From: an uncultured virus (IMG/VR IMGVR_UViG_3300023110_000008)
Taxonomy: Duplodnaviria > Heunggongvirae > Uroviricota > Caudoviricetes
Strand: one strand, 5' to 3'
DNA length: 64,000 nucleotides
Virus record (IMG/VR): IMGVR_UViG_3300023110_000008
Below the pieces are notes generated by a model. That model was not told where the DNA came from. It saw only the letters and a list, made by a program, of their open reading frames with translations, and searched no databases. Shown here in pieces: positions 1 to 12,595 of the stretch. Numbering within the stretch: the first letter of the stretch is position 1; every line of letters begins with the position of its first letter. A program made the position numbers and the translations under genes.

Positions 1-1
1 T

Positions 2-2131
2 ATAGGTCACTTTGTAACTTCAGATATCATAACAGGTTCTTCTTCTGGTACAGAAGGCACAATTAAACAATCAACAGTCACAGCAGGTGAAGGTGCAAGT
101 CTATTTGCTTGGTCATCTAAGGTCGGTGGTGTTGGCAAGATCAGAATCACATCACAAGGTTATAACTTTGATGAACATGCAGTTTTAGGCGGTGATTCAT
201 ATTACAATATGTTGATTGGTAATCCAACTGCTGTAGCTGATTTAACAAAAGGTGTAACGTTTACTGGCAGAAAATCTGGTGCAACAGGTGAGGTAATATC
301 ATTTGATGAACAAAGAAATTTACTTAAGTTTACAAATGTAAGTGGTACATTTGCTGAAAACGAATTTATTGATTATGCAAACGGACAATACTTTGAAGTA
401 TTGAGATATGACCCATACGAAGCAAGAGGTGAATATGCTGGTGAAGGTGTAATAAACGATAACTTCTTCGGCAATAAAGGTTATGTATCTAGCGATACAA
501 CTAACATACACGATGGTCTATTCTATCAATCACATTCATATGTGATTAAAGTTGGTGAATCAATCAATGCGTATAGATCGGCAGTTAAAGATTTAGTCCA
601 TCCATCTGGTCACATTTTCTTTGGTGAAGTTGCACTTGATAGATACATCGTACAAGACGATAGAGACGGAAGATTTACAGTCGATCCTAAAAACACACTT
701 GGTATTCAGAATACAACATTCGTACCAACTATACTACTTACAACTTATGCTTCAGAACATTTATTATTAGAAGATGCAGATCCAGATGATGCAACACTAG
801 GTTACTTAGATACAGGTCAAGACCCTAATCTTATCAATGTAAAACAAAGAAAGTTCAAAATATTAACAGAAGATGGTTACTATATTGAAAATGAACAGGC
901 ATTCGAGGCTAAAGCATCTACTAAGAAAGAAACATTAGTATTATTCCATACTACAGCATCTGAGTTAGAAGATTTAGCAATGCAAATCAACTTAGATGAA
1001 GCGGGCATACCTACAACAGGTACAGACCCAAGAACAGACGGCGCAATCACAGAACCATTAACTGAGTATGGAGATTCGTCACATAGAAACAGACATTTAA
1101 ATATAAACTCAGTAAGAACATTAATTAGTGCTGTACTTAAGTCTAAACTTAGATCAAGGTACAGTGGTATTTCAGCAATTGATCCTGTATCACAGAAACA
1201 ATATCAAAATATAGCACATGATCCAGTTGCAGAAGAAATAACAATATCAAATCAAAGATCACCAAGATTAGATGGCGTAGTATCAGTATTAAACTTATAC
1301 AACACTGATAGAGACTATCTGATTATGACTAAAGAAGATGCGGTGTCACCAATTGGTGCTAGACCTTCAGATCAAGGTACAGTGTTCCAATTTGCAGAGT
1401 TCTTAGATGAAAGAATAGCATTAGAAGACGGCAATCTCTTTAGAAGTGAAGAACCAAGAAACTATCTAAACCATGAACCACAAAACAGAGATGAGGTTGG
1501 TCCAAGAATCGTATTTGAAGATCATGCAAAGATTTACGAATTAAGTGACCCTAATGATCCTGATTCATACAACCCAGCAACAAGTGGTTATGAAGACATA
1601 AGTGGTTTAGTAGTTGAATTAGAAGATGAAACTGTACCAGAAATGCCAGAGTATTTCGTAACTGAAAGATCGGCAGAAATGTACGAACCATACTTCTATA
1701 TGGAAAATGGTGATAGAATGATTTTTGAAGATGGCAATCCAATAACAGACGAAAGATTAGGTTCAGGTAGTAACTTACATAGTTTTGCTCCTATAGGGTC
1801 TACATTTAGATCACTAAATAAGATTGCGTATCAACAAACTTATAAGATAGCATATCATATCCACCAAGAATCTGGCAACGCATCAAATATTGTAAACAAT
1901 ATCAATACAGAACCAGACTTTGGTGATAGAATACTTTTAGAAAGTGGCGGAGGTTTCATGTTGGATGAAACTAGCGAGAGTGAAGGACTAAGAATTAGTC
2001 AGTTAGATAACCTATTAGGGTTAATGTATATAGCAGAATTACCTCTATATGCGAACAGACGAACTAATATAGCTCATTCTACCTATGTTTCTTCATCAAA
2101 AGTTACCAATTCAACCCTAGCAGCATTATAA
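2..2131 (+). CDS. gp7: Baseplate wedge initiator (gp7-like), 5'-truncated by window edge
   Basis: Frame is open from position 2 (IGHFVTSDIITGSS...). Motif IHDGLFYQSHSYVIKVGESINAYRSAVKDLVHPSGHIFFGEV is typical of T4-like gp7. Lies directly upstream of gp8. Confidence 0.75.
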   Translation: MGHFVTSDIITGSSSGTEGTIKQSTVTAGEGASLFAWSSKVGGVGKIRITSQGYNFDEHAVLGGDSYYNMLIGNPTAVADLTKGVTFTGRKSGATGEVISFDEQRNLLKFTNVSGTFAENEFIDYANGQYFEVLRYDPYEARGEYAGEGVINDNFFGNKGYVSSDTTNIHDGLFYQSHSYVIKVGESINAYRSAVKDLVHPSGHIFFGEVALDRYIVQDDRDGRFTVDPKNTLGIQNTTFVPTILLTTYASEHLLLEDADPDDATLGYLDTGQDPNLINVKQRKFKILTEDGYYIENEQAFEAKASTKKETLVLFHTTASELEDLAMQINLDEAGIPTTGTDPRTDGAITEPLTEYGDSSHRNRHLNINSVRTLISAVLKSKLRSRYSGISAIDPVSQKQYQNIAHDPVAEEITISNQRSPRLDGVVSVLNLYNTDRDYLIMTKEDAVSPIGARPSDQGTVFQFAEFLDERIALEDGNLFRSEEPRNYLNHEPQNRDEVGPRIVFEDHAKIYELSDPNDPDSYNPATSGYEDISGLVVELEDETVPEMPEYFVTERSAEMYEPYFYMENGDRMIFEDGNPITDERLGSGSNLHSFAPIGSTFRSLNKIAYQQTYKIAYHIHQESGNASNIVNNINTEPDFGDRILLESGGGFMLDETSESEGLRISQLDNLLGLMYIAELPLYANRRTNIAHSTYVSSSKVTNSTLAAL

Positions 2132-2145
2132 ATAGTTTATAAATA
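2127..2145 (+). promoter_or_regulatory. Two tandem T4-type late promoters (TATAAATA at 2127-2134 and 2138-2145)
   Basis: Exact gp55 consensus upstream of gp8. Confidence 0.8.
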
Positions 2146-2164
2146 ACCGAGGAGTTACAAAAAA

Positions 2165-3688
2165 ATGGCAGCAATAATTTTAGAGAATTTTAGAACGCAC
2201 AATGCAAAAGAATTTGTTGCAGATTTCAGCGATTCTAAAAATTACATATTCATTGGTAGATCACACGCATGGGTAGATGCTGATGATTCATCAATTGACG
2301 ATAATAACCCACCAAGTCCAAACAATTCAGTAGAGGAAATATTAGGAGCACAATCAAATATGATTGCTCTTAAACAAGTTTCTTCAGGTGATGTATCACA
2401 CGGACTTGTAAGATATGACTGGACATCAGGTACAGTATATGACGAGTATAGAGACGATTACGGTGTAGGTACAGCAGTACCTTCAAGTTCAGACGGTTCA
2501 ATAGTGAACTGGTTTGATGGTAAGGGTTATATAATTACAGACGAATATAAAGTCTATAAGTGTTTAAAAACACCTTATAGCGGTGTAAATCCTGTTAATT
2601 CAACAGACCAACCAACTTCAGTTAGTACCACTGATCCTGAAACTACCTCAGACGGATATATGTGGAAATTTATGTATCAAATTACTGCCTCAGATGTTAT
2701 TAAATTTGTAACTAACGATTTTATTCCTGTAAAGACTCTCGGTGCTAAATCAGGAATTGCTGGTATCGGTACAAACGGTGGATTCGGTTCATCAGCAACC
2801 GATGACGGTTCTGCTCAATGGGATGTAGAAAACGATGCGGTTGACGGTGCAGTGTTTAGATATATTGTTAAATCTGCTGGTTCAGGTTATACTGCGACAA
2901 GTGGAGGTTCAAGTACATTCACATGTGACATTCCAGTCCAAGGTGACGGTTCAGGTGCTGTTGTAACATTATCATTTGACTCAGGTGAATTAGTAGATGC
3001 ATATTTTAAAGATTCATCATCATACGGTTCAGGTTACAGACGTGCATCATTAGATACTATCGATGCAAACATCGTAGATGACTCAGCTGCTACACCTATA
3101 GCATCAGGTTCAGGTGCAGAAGTTCACGTTGTAATGTCACCAATTGGTGGTCATGGTGCAAATCCAGTTGACGAACTAGGCGGTAACTTCGTAGTAGTAA
3201 ACTCAAGATTAGAGTTTGGCGAAGGCTCAGGTGATTTCCCAACAGACAACGATTTTAGACAAATTGGTCTAATTAAAAATCCTTTACAAGACTCAGACGG
3301 TGCTATTTCAACACTATCAACAATGACTGTAACAAATAGAATTACAGTTGGTAGTGCTTCAGGTATATCAGTAGATGATATTATAACAGATAGTACAACA
3401 AACAACGCATCAACAGCAGTTGGTAGAGTTGTATCTAAGTCAGGTAATATTATAAGTTATCAACCGATAGCAAATGGCGGTGGTGAGTTTATATTGTTCC
3501 AAAACAATGATGATATTTACATCAATGCTTCTGGTTCAATTGTAACTTCAGTGAATGCCGCTGGTGTAGATGCAGATCATCCAGAGATGAGAAGATTTAC
3601 TGGTGATATTCTCTATGTTGAGAATAGAGGTCCTGTGTCAAGGGCAGCCGATCAGATTGAAGATATCAAACTGATCATTGAAATGTAA
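2165..3688 (+). CDS. gp8: Baseplate wedge subunit gp8
   Basis: Motifs YIFIGRSHAW, RYDWTSGTVYD, YKVYKCL, DGYMWKFMY, NDFRQIGLIKNP, GDILYVENR and EDIKLIIE. SD GAGGAG upstream. Confidence 0.9.
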   Translation: MAAIILENFRTHNAKEFVADFSDSKNYIFIGRSHAWVDADDSSIDDNNPPSPNNSVEEILGAQSNMIALKQVSSGDVSHGLVRYDWTSGTVYDEYRDDYGVGTAVPSSSDGSIVNWFDGKGYIITDEYKVYKCLKTPYSGVNPVNSTDQPTSVSTTDPETTSDGYMWKFMYQITASDVIKFVTNDFIPVKTLGAKSGIAGIGTNGGFGSSATDDGSAQWDVENDAVDGAVFRYIVKSAGSGYTATSGGSSTFTCDIPVQGDGSGAVVTLSFDSGELVDAYFKDSSSYGSGYRRASLDTIDANIVDDSAATPIASGSGAEVHVVMSPIGGHGANPVDELGGNFVVVNSRLEFGEGSGDFPTDNDFRQIGLIKNPLQDSDGAISTLSTMTVTNRITVGSASGISVDDIITDSTTNNASTAVGRVVSKSGNIISYQPIANGGGEFILFQNNDDIYINASGSIVTSVNAAGVDADHPEMRRFTGDILYVENRGPVSRAADQIEDIKLIIEM

Positions 3689-3726
3689 TTAGTTGTTTTA
3701 AACAACATTAAATAAAATTTAAAACT

Positions 3727-6700
3727 ATGTCAGAGAAAACGGATCTAAATATTACACCATATTACGATGATTACGATGCAGACAAGAAATTTCATAAAGT
3801 TCTGTATCGTGCTGGTCGACCAATTCAAGCGAGAGAGTTAACTCAAACTCAATCTATTCTACAAGATCAGGTAGAGAAATTTGGTGATCATTTCTTTAAA
3901 GAAGGTTCTATTGTTTCAGGTGCTCAGTCAAACATTGACATGGACATCTATTTTGTCAAAGTACAAAATTCAAATCCAAATGCAAACGGCGATCTAAACG
4001 TAGAATCTTATAGAACTAGTTTTCACGGCAAACTCATTCAAGGTTTAACAACAGGTGTAGTAGCAAAAGTTATTTCATCAACTGCTGAAACTGAAGATGA
4101 TTCTATAACACTATTTGTAAAAGCATTATCACAAGGTACAGACAGCGATGGTTCTTTTATATTCAAAGGTTCAGAAGAAATAAGAGAAGTAGAATTCTCA
4201 GCTGACGGTTTTGGATCAACTTCTGCTGTAGCAACAAACAACAACTACTTTAAAACATTATCACAATCATCAACACCAACTGGTCGTGCTTCAATTGCAG
4301 AAATTTCAGAAGGTGTAGTTTTTACAAGAGGTTTCTTTGTAAAGGTAGACAAACAACTTATCGTATTAGAAAAATATGCAGGTAATCCTTCATATAGAGT
4401 TGGTCTTTCTATCAATGAAACTATCATATCATCAACAGAAGATAATAGTCTCTTAGACAATGCACAAGGCTCATCAAACGATAATGCGCCTGGTGCCGAT
4501 AGATTAAAATTTGATCTTACATTATCTAAAGTAGCACTAACAGATACTACAAGTGTTAACTTCATTGAATTAGCAAGAGTTAACAATGGTATCATTGAAC
4601 TATCAATCAATAGACCAATCTATTCTGAAATAGAAAATACTATGGCACGAAGAACCTTTGATGCCAATGGCGATTTTGTTGTAAGACCATTTACTAGTAA
4701 TTTCAGAGAACATTTAAAAACTTCAGATAACAAAGGGTTTTATCCAATAGCAGAAGGCGGACAAGAAGAGAAGTTTATCATGCAGATATCTGCTGGTAAA
4801 GCTTATGTTAGAGGATACGAAATTGAAAAAGCAGGTACATCAAACCTAACAATTAATAAAGCAAGAACAACAGCAGAACTATCTAACGCATCAACACCAG
4901 TTAGAATAGGTAATAAATTAAAAATCAACAACATTTATGGAATGCCAGAAATTGGTGATTCAGCTTCAACAAATGCTTTCGAACCAATCAAACTTTACAG
5001 TCTACCTAAATCTTCTGCATCAGCATTAAGTGGTAGTGCAGAGAATATTGGTTTTGCAAGAGTTAGACATTTTGATGAGTCAGCTACAGATGAATATCAA
5101 TTATATCTATTTGATATTAAAATGTTTACTAAAGTTGGAGTTACAACAGCAACCTCAACATTATATGCTAACGGTGATAAACTAACAGACGATATTACAG
5201 GCGCAACAGGTATTGTTGCATATGTCGATAGTAATAACATTTATCTACATGATGTAGTAGGACAATTTGTATCAGGTAATAATGTATCAGTTAGAGGTAA
5301 GGGAACTGCATCAGCAGTAGCATCAACTAGTGTTCAGGTCTTTAATGTAAGTCAATCTCACTCAGTCGGTCAAGTTTCACCTGCTAGCGTAGGACTAGAC
5401 TTTAGTGCCGATGTAGTATTAGATGATATATCAGTAATATCTGGTTTAGGTACATTTAATGGCTCAACAAATGAATTACAAGGTGTTGGTTCACAGTTTA
5501 CTAAAGAAGTAAAAGTTGGTGATCATATCGTTGTTAATGGTACAGAACATAGAGTTTCAGTTGTTACTAACGATACATCGTTAAATGTAGTTACAACAGC
5601 TGGTGGTGCAGTGACACCTTCAGCGGCAACACAAGTAGCAGTTATCAGAAAAAGAGCAAAACTTGCAGACCAAGATCAGACATCAAATATATTTGCATGG
5701 CCTAGAGATTACGTTTCAGATGTAACACCAACAGGAACAGTAGAAGTCAGAAAACAAGGACTGTTCTCAATGTCAAATGGTACAATCACTTTGACAAAAG
5801 AGTCAGACGAAACATTCTCAGACTTTGGTGATGACAAATATCAATTTACTAAATTATCACTAAACGGAACTGGTGATGTCGTAGCATTAGGTGACGTGTT
5901 AGTCGCAGACGATGTAACTTTTGGTACACCAGGTACTTCATTAGATGTTACATTCAGTGATTCAGGATCAGGTGCTCAAATATTAGCAACTTATACTGTT
6001 AAGAGAACAGCACCTGCTGTAAAGTCAAAAGCTTTAGAAAAATTCAGATCAGTTTCATTTAGATCATCTAATAGTGATAAACCTTTCTATGGTCTTGCAT
6101 ACGATCACAAAGAATTGAATCTATGTGTACCAGATGTCTATAAAATACATGCAGTTTTAGAGGCAGTTCCAGGCACAACTTCAGGTTCAAATAGTCAGGC
6201 AACACCACCAAACGCAACTGTAACAATAAGTTCAGGTTCTTTTGCATTAAAAGAAGAGATTGTAGGTCAATCATCAACAGCAAGAGCATTATTGATCAAT
6301 TGGGGTGGTGATACAAACACATCATACTTTGTATACTTAAATGATATACCTTTCATTGACGGTGAGACAATTGTTGGCCAAACAAGTTCAGGTATCGCTG
6401 TACTATCAAACTTAAGTGCAGGTTCACCAAACATTAAGAACAACTATTTCTTAGACAATGGCCAAAGAGATGGTTATTATGACTTCTCAAAACTAGTTTT
6501 AAAACAAGGTAGATCAGCACCTAACAATCCTGTGACTGTTATCTTTGACATGTTTAGTAGAGGTGGTACAGGAGATTACTACTCAGTAAATTCTTATAAC
6601 AGTGCTGATGTTGAGTACAAAGATATACCAAATTACTCACCAAATAAAGTAGACTTAGGTGGTTTTGAACCAGACGGTAAGTTCGAATTATCAGATGCAG

Positions 6701-9700
6701 TAGACTTTAGACCATCAACAGACTTTTTACCTGGCACTAATTTCCAAGATGATGATACAAATGCTTATGATCAGAACGATCCATTAAACTTATCAGATAA
6801 TACAAAAGTAACAGCTGCACCATTTGTATACACATCAAGGGTGTTTAACGATGTCGACAATGGAACAATTTCATGTCCAATGCCTACATCTTCAGTGACA
6901 GCAGATATAGATTTCTATGTACCTAGAATTGATAAAGTATTCTTAACTAGAAATGGTAAGTTTGAAGTTTCTATTGGTTATCCTGATATTAGTCCTCAAA
7001 AACCAAATCAGTTAGATGATGCAATTGAAATGTTCGAATTGTTCATACCTGCTTACACATCAAACTTAAAAGAAATCAATTTAAAACAATTTGATCATCG
7101 TAGATATACGATGAAAGATATTGGTAGAATAAACCAAAGACTTACAAACATTGAAAGAATTACAGCACTATCTTTATTAGAAAAAGATACACAATCAAAA
7201 CAAATTTTAGATGCAGACGGATTTGACAGATATAAATCAGGCTTCTTAGTAGATAACTTTAGAGGTCATAAGATTGGTGATGTTTCACATCCAGACTATG
7301 AATGTGCTATCGATACAAAACTAGGTCAATTAAGACCTAAACACCATACTCAGTTCTTTGATATCATTGCTAACTCAGCATTGTCACGTAACTATAAGAA
7401 GTCTGGTGATATTATCACATTACCATATACAGAAAGATCATTTGTTAATCAAAATAAGGCATCTAGGTCATTAAATGTTAACCCATACGCTGTGTTTGCA
7501 TTTATTGGTCACGTTAAACTAAGTCCAGAGACAGACATCTGGCAAGACACAGAACAATTACCAGAAGTAAGAGTTAACAGAGAAGGCAACTTCGATGCAA
7601 TATTAGCAGAGAACGAAAACGCATTAGGCACTGTTTGGAACGCATGGCAGACTACATGGGTAGGTGAACCTACAGTTGTAGAGACAGAGACATTATCAAG
7701 TGTTCCAGCAGCTTGGAACGGTGATCCTTCACAAGGTGGTGAATATACACCTAATACTACTGTTACAAGAAATGTAACAGAAACACCTGAGTCTCAGATC
7801 AGAACAGGTGTTAGAACATCGGTTGTAGAAGAGTTAGTTGAAACACGTAACGATAGAATTGTTAGTGTCACAATTGTACCATTCTGTAGACCAAGAGACA
7901 TTGAAATAGATGCAGTTAACTTAAAACCAAACACAAACCATTACGTATTCTTTGATGGTATCGATGTAAACTCATATGTAAAACCATTCAGTACACTGTA
8001 CAGTAAAGATGGTGGTACATCATACGATCAAATAGTAAAAACAGATGGTAACGGTAGATTAAGAGCAACATTCAGTTTACCTAACGATAGATTCCAGAGA
8101 TTCCCAACTGGTGCTAGAGAAATGGTTATTACATCAAGTTCAAATAACCTTTCTAACCCAGCATCACGAGGTAATGCAATCTATCAAGCACAAGGTTTAT
8201 TACAAGCTTCACAAACTGAAATTGTATCAACAAGGAATGGTAGAGTAGTTATTGAAAGGCTATCTGCTGAGAGACAAATAGTAAGAAGAGGTGAGTTATT
8301 AAACGTAACACCTGGTACAGGTACACCACCTGAGCCAAGTCCAGAACCACCTGCAACTCCAGCACCTACACCTACACCAGAACCTACTGAGGCACCTATA
8401 CCGAGTCCAACACCGACTCCAGAGCCTACACCAAGTCCTACACCGACACCTACGCCGACGCCAGCGCCGACAACAACTCCTGCGCCTACACCGTCGCCTA
8501 CACCGACACCGACACCAACGCCGACACCAACAAGTACGCCGATACCGTCACCACCGCCTATTGATGACCCTAGAGATTTTTGGGACGTTGATCCTAGAAT
8601 TCCTAGAATATTCGATGAGAGAGAATTGCGTGAGACAGAGTGGGTCGATCCATTAGCAGAATCATTCTTAGTAGATATGGATGGTGGCATGATGTTGTCT
8701 TCAGTTGATCTATTCTTTAGAACTAAAGACGATGCACTACCAGTGTCAGTACAAGTTAGAAACATGGTGAATGGTTATCCAGGTCAGTTAGTATTACCAT
8801 TCTCAACAGTATCTAAGAATCCAAACGAAGTTAATATTTCAGAAGACGGTTCAAGTGCTACAACATTTACATTTGATTCGCCTGTATACCTAGAGAAAGG
8901 TAAAGAATACTGTTTCGTAGTTTTATCAAACTCAAACGAATACGAATGTTTCATATCCAGAATGGGCGAAAACGATTTAATTACTGGTGAAACAATTTCA
9001 GGACAACCATATGCTGGTTCATTGTTCTTATCACAAAACGCATCAACATGGACAGCAGAACAAACAGACGATCTCAAGTTCAATCTTAAGATTGCACAAT
9101 TCGATACCTCAAAAGTTGCAGAAGTTGTGTTTGAAAACGATTTTATCGGAGATGTAAAACTACAAGAGAATCCAGTTCAAACATTTGCTGGTCAAAGTTA
9201 TGTTAAGATATTAAACTACTCACACGGTATGTACGAAACAACTTCACACGTAACAATAGCAGGCGTGAAAGGCGATAAAGAAGATGGCGTAGTAGAGATT
9301 GGCACACCAAGTGCTATTAGTGCTGCCGTAACAGCACAGACATACGAGACTGGTGGAAGTAATGATGCTGTTGTAACAGGTGGTACAGGTACAGGTCTTA
9401 AAGTCAAAGTAGTTGTAGACGCTGGAGATTTAGATGCAGTAAACTCAATTAAGATTACTGATCCAGGTAGTGACTACGCAGTGAACGACACTATTACAGT
9501 CACAATCGACAGTCAAACATTTACAGTAAGTGTCACCAATGTTGAAAACACATTGGGTGGTATTCCAGTTGCAGCTATTAACGGTACACACGAGAGTCTA
9601 CAAGATTATAGTATAGACTCATTTAATGTTCTACCTAGAACATCTGTAATGTCATCTTATGACTTAGAAGGCGGCACAAGTTTTGTTGCAACTCAAAGTG

Positions 9701-10494
9701 TAGATGGCGGTGGTAGTCAAGTTAGAAGTACAAGAAACATCTATTATGATGCAATTCATACAATGATACCTTCTATAACATTTAATAATACTCAAATATT
9801 CTCAAGTATTAATAGAACAGGTATGGGTTCACCAGAAGATTCAAACTTAGATACTGAATATGTAAGAAGAACTGCAAATGACTTTATTAAATTAAACGAT
9901 AACGTTTACTTCAGTAGACCAAGTGTTGTTGCATCACCCCTCAACGAATTAGAGAGAATGGGTAACCAGAGATCATTTAGATTATTACTACAAATGAGAT
10001 CATCAAATCCAAACGTATCACCTTACATTGATACAGGTACAATTGGTTGTCTAGGTATTATGAACAGAATTAATGATATTGATTCTGCTGCCGATCTATC
10101 AGATGGTGAAGTTTACGTACCATCAACAGAACCAGATGGCGATAACAACGCAATGGTATACACAACAAGATTGGTAAGTTTAAAGAATCCTGCTACATCA
10201 TTGAAAGTTTTATCAGATAACTTTAGACCACCTAACTCAGACATTAAAGTTTTATACAAACTCATCAAAAACGATGAAGATACACCAGTAGATGATTTAG
10301 GATTTGAATTCTTTAACTCAACTGGTGGTCCTGACACAGCTATTGATCAAGACGCTAGAAACTTTAAAGAATACGAATACACAGCAGACAACTTACCTGA
10401 ATTTACAGGTTTTGTAATTAAGATTGTAGGACAGGCTACAAACACATCTCAAGTACCAATAATTTCTGGTCTTAGATGTATAGCATTAGCATGA
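3727..10494 (+). CDS. Large virion structural protein, VrlC-like (DUF4815-type)
   Basis: N-terminal [28 protein letters not shown], plus [36 protein letters not shown] and DPLAESF motifs seen in T4-like marine phage structural proteins. Confidence 0.8.
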   Translation: MSEKTDLNITPYYDDYDADKKFHKVLYRAGRPIQARELTQTQSILQDQVEKFGDHFFKEGSIVSGAQSNIDMDIYFVKVQNSNPNANGDLNVESYRTSFHGKLIQGLTTGVVAKVISSTAETEDDSITLFVKALSQGTDSDGSFIFKGSEEIREVEFSADGFGSTSAVATNNNYFKTLSQSSTPTGRASIAEISEGVVFTRGFFVKVDKQLIVLEKYAGNPSYRVGLSINETIISSTEDNSLLDNAQGSSNDNAPGADRLKFDLTLSKVALTDTTSVNFIELARVNNGIIELSINRPIYSEIENTMARRTFDANGDFVVRPFTSNFREHLKTSDNKGFYPIAEGGQEEKFIMQISAGKAYVRGYEIEKAGTSNLTINKARTTAELSNASTPVRIGNKLKINNIYGMPEIGDSASTNAFEPIKLYSLPKSSASALSGSAENIGFARVRHFDESATDEYQLYLFDIKMFTKVGVTTATSTLYANGDKLTDDITGATGIVAYVDSNNIYLHDVVGQFVSGNNVSVRGKGTASAVASTSVQVFNVSQSHSVGQVSPASVGLDFSADVVLDDISVISGLGTFNGSTNELQGVGSQFTKEVKVGDHIVVNGTEHRVSVVTNDTSLNVVTTAGGAVTPSAATQVAVIRKRAKLADQDQTSNIFAWPRDYVSDVTPTGTVEVRKQGLFSMSNGTITLTKESDETFSDFGDDKYQFTKLSLNGTGDVVALGDVLVADDVTFGTPGTSLDVTFSDSGSGAQILATYTVKRTAPAVKSKALEKFRSVSFRSSNSDKPFYGLAYDHKELNLCVPDVYKIHAVLEAVPGTTSGSNSQATPPNATVTISSGSFALKEEIVGQSSTARALLINWGGDTNTSYFVYLNDIPFIDGETIVGQTSSGIAVLSNLSAGSPNIKNNYFLDNGQRDGYYDFSKLVLKQGRSAPNNPVTVIFDMFSRGGTGDYYSVNSYNSADVEYKDIPNYSPNKVDLGGFEPDGKFELSDAVDFRPSTDFLPGTNFQDDDTNAYDQNDPLNLSDNTKVTAAPFVYTSRVFNDVDNGTISCPMPTSSVTADIDFYVPRIDKVFLTRNGKFEVSIGYPDISPQKPNQLDDAIEMFELFIPAYTSNLKEINLKQFDHRRYTMKDIGRINQRLTNIERITALSLLEKDTQSKQILDADGFDRYKSGFLVDNFRGHKIGDVSHPDYECAIDTKLGQLRPKHHTQFFDIIANSALSRNYKKSGDIITLPYTERSFVNQNKASRSLNVNPYAVFAFIGHVKLSPETDIWQDTEQLPEVRVNREGNFDAILAENENALGTVWNAWQTTWVGEPTVVETETLSSVPAAWNGDPSQGGEYTPNTTVTRNVTETPESQIRTGVRTSVVEELVETRNDRIVSVTIVPFCRPRDIEIDAVNLKPNTNHYVFFDGIDVNSYVKPFSTLYSKDGGTSYDQIVKTDGNGRLRATFSLPNDRFQRFPTGAREMVITSSSNNLSNPASRGNAIYQAQGLLQASQTEIVSTRNGRVVIERLSAERQIVRRGELLNVTPGTGTPPEPSPEPPATPAPTPTPEPTEAPIPSPTPTPEPTPSPTPTPTPTPAPTTTPAPTPSPTPTPTPTPTPTSTPIPSPPPIDDPRDFWDVDPRIPRIFDERELRETEWVDPLAESFLVDMDGGMMLSSVDLFFRTKDDALPVSVQVRNMVNGYPGQLVLPFSTVSKNPNEVNISEDGSSATTFTFDSPVYLEKGKEYCFVVLSNSNEYECFISRMGENDLITGETISGQPYAGSLFLSQNASTWTAEQTDDLKFNLKIAQFDTSKVAEVVFENDFIGDVKLQENPVQTFAGQSYVKILNYSHGMYETTSHVTIAGVKGDKEDGVVEIGTPSAISAAVTAQTYETGGSNDAVVTGGTGTGLKVKVVVDAGDLDAVNSIKITDPGSDYAVNDTITVTIDSQTFTVSVTNVENTLGGIPVAAINGTHESLQDYSIDSFNVLPRTSVMSSYDLEGGTSFVATQSVDGGGSQVRSTRNIYYDAIHTMIPSITFNNTQIFSSINRTGMGSPEDSNLDTEYVRRTANDFIKLNDNVYFSRPSVVASPLNELERMGNQRSFRLLLQMRSSNPNVSPYIDTGTIGCLGIMNRINDIDSAADLSDGEVYVPSTEPDGDNNAMVYTTRLVSLKNPATSLKVLSDNFRPPNSDIKVLYKLIKNDEDTPVDDLGFEFFNSTGGPDTAIDQDARNFKEYEYTADNLPEFTGFVIKIVGQATNTSQVPIISGLRCIALA
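8314..8560 (+). repeat. Pro/Thr low-complexity linker inside the VrlC-like protein
   Basis: About 80 aa of [14 protein letters not shown]...; locally C-rich DNA. Confidence 0.9.
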
Positions 10495-10694
10495 TAAAGG
10501 TTGAAGGACATTCAAATCTAATTAGAGAAGAAAGTTCACAAGCAATTATCAATACAGATGTTGAACAGTTTAAATTGGTAATGAGAAGAAGACAAATCAT
10601 TGCTTCTCAGAAAAAGGAAATAAATAGTTTAAGACAAGAAGTAACCGAAGTTAAGGAACTTCTTAGAAAGATAGAAGAGAAAATAAATGGCTAA
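10491..10694 (+). CDS. Small conserved coiled-coil protein
   Basis: ATGA overlap with the upstream stop. [23 protein letters not shown] followed by a C-terminal coiled coil. Confidence 0.7.
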   Translation: MIKVEGHSNLIREESSQAIINTDVEQFKLVMRRRQIIASQKKEINSLRQEVTEVKELLRKIEEKING

Positions 10695-12594
10695 AACAGT
10701 AGACAGTTTCAGTACTATAGAAAATTTTAGACAACAATATAATGTGTTGGCTAATGACGTGGGTGATATTAGTGGTCTTAGAACTACTGCTCAAGCAACT
10801 TTAGTTGACGCTGTTAATAGTGTAGAAGATAAAGCATTTTACTTCCAAGAGTATGTGTATATTGCAACTGGTGGTGAAACGCATTTCGAAGGCGCTGATC
10901 AGTTTAACAATGTGATGAAATTTGTACAAGACCGAATTCAGGTCTTTGTCAACGGTTCTCACTTAATAGAAGGTATAGACTATCAGATCACTAGCCAAAA
11001 TTCAGATGGTAGTTATGGAAGAATTAACTTACAAGGTGCTACATACGGTTCTGGTTTATCAAATGGCGATAGATTCGTTCTATATTCTTACACAGGTTCA
11101 TACTTAGGTACTGCATTAGCAAGTACAGGTGCTTCATACTGGCAGTTATCAGATACAAACTCAATCTTTAACAACAACTCAAATGGTGTTATTCTTAATG
11201 CTTCAAACACAAATAACACAACAGAATTAGAGACTGGTTTCAACATTCAACTTGCAGGTAAAACATTTGCAGAAGATGATATAACAATCACAACAGGCGG
11301 TGTAATGACTGCGCCTACAATTACTGATAGCACCATGAGTATCAACTCAGGTAGTATTACTGGTGGTGTAAATGCAAACTTTAGCGCAACAGTCAACGTG
11401 GGTACATTGAGTGATGGAACTGCAACACTTACAGGCGGTGATTTAAATGCCTCAACAGTTACAACTACTGGCGCTTTAACAGTTAATGGATTATCATCAC
11501 TGAATGGTAACATCGATTTAGGTAACGCATCTAGTGATACAATATCATTCACAGGTTCAATAGACTCAGATGTTTTACCAAGTGCTAACAACACACACGA
11601 ACTTGGAAGTAGTATACTAAAATGGCAGAACATTCATGCAACAGACATGACTGCAACTACTTTTAATGGTAATCTAAAAGGTGATGTTCTATCAAGTGGT
11701 GGTCAAACAATCATCGATAACGGTACAAATGGTACCGATGCTACTGCAAGATTATCTACAATTACAGCAGACGGTTCAACAACAGTTTTAAATGTATCAA
11801 CAGGACATCTTACAGGTACAGTTTCAAGTTTATCAAACCACGACACTGATGATTTAACAGAAGGAAGTTCTAATCTTTATTATACAGACGGTAGAGCAGA
11901 CGCTAGAATCGCAGCTGCTAGTATCGATGATCTTTCAGATGTAAATACAAGTGGCGCAAATACTAATAGTGTTCTTAAGTACAACGGTTCTAGTTTTGTA
12001 GTTGATGACATTGTAGAAAGAATTGCTGACACAGTCGGTACAATGATTAGTTCAAACACTGAATCAGGTCTTTCAGTTACCTATGATGACTCAGATAATA
12101 CTTTAGATTTAGTTTTAGATAATTCAGACTTTTCATTGACTGGTGCAGTTACAGGTTCAGTCACACAGACTGCTAAAGGCAATGTATCAATAAACACAAC
12201 AATGAACTCTGCTATATCTGATTTAACAGATGTAGGTAGTACATCTAGTGCATCTGCTGGTCAAATACTAGTATTTGATTCTAATGGTGATTTACAAGTT
12301 GCAGATAACTCAACAGGTACCGATTCTATATCAGAACAAACTAATAAATACTTTACAGATGATAGAGTAAATAGTGTCATATCTGCTGGTTCAGGTCTTG
12401 CGAAATCTTATAACGCAGGTTCTTCAGGTGATTCATTAGATGGTGTTGCTACTTTATCAGTGAACACATCAAACGGTGTTAAATTAGACGGCGATGATGT
12501 TGAGTTAGATTATGAAGTTGTTAGTGCTTCTTCACTATCTGGTACACCAAGTGGTACAGGTAAAGAAGTTGGACATTTATGGTTTGTGATATGA
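10687..12594 (+). CDS. Fibre/whisker-like structural protein (fibre 1)
   Basis: Gly/Ser/Thr-rich, with TDDLTEGSSNLYYTDGRA fibre repeats. C-terminus is PSGTGKEVGHLWFVI. Confidence 0.65.
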   Translation: MAKTVDSFSTIENFRQQYNVLANDVGDISGLRTTAQATLVDAVNSVEDKAFYFQEYVYIATGGETHFEGADQFNNVMKFVQDRIQVFVNGSHLIEGIDYQITSQNSDGSYGRINLQGATYGSGLSNGDRFVLYSYTGSYLGTALASTGASYWQLSDTNSIFNNNSNGVILNASNTNNTTELETGFNIQLAGKTFAEDDITITTGGVMTAPTITDSTMSINSGSITGGVNANFSATVNVGTLSDGTATLTGGDLNASTVTTTGALTVNGLSSLNGNIDLGNASSDTISFTGSIDSDVLPSANNTHELGSSILKWQNIHATDMTATTFNGNLKGDVLSSGGQTIIDNGTNGTDATARLSTITADGSTTVLNVSTGHLTGTVSSLSNHDTDDLTEGSSNLYYTDGRADARIAAASIDDLSDVNTSGANTNSVLKYNGSSFVVDDIVERIADTVGTMISSNTESGLSVTYDDSDNTLDLVLDNSDFSLTGAVTGSVTQTAKGNVSINTTMNSAISDLTDVGSTSSASAGQILVFDSNGDLQVADNSTGTDSISEQTNKYFTDDRVNSVISAGSGLAKSYNAGSSGDSLDGVATLSVNTSNGVKLDGDDVELDYEVVSASSLSGTPSGTGKEVGHLWFVI

Positions 12595-12595
12595 T

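Noticed and set aside
8184..8765. Antisense Gly/Val-rich ORF (193 aa)
   Set aside because: It is the shadow of the Pro/Thr linker on the coding strand.
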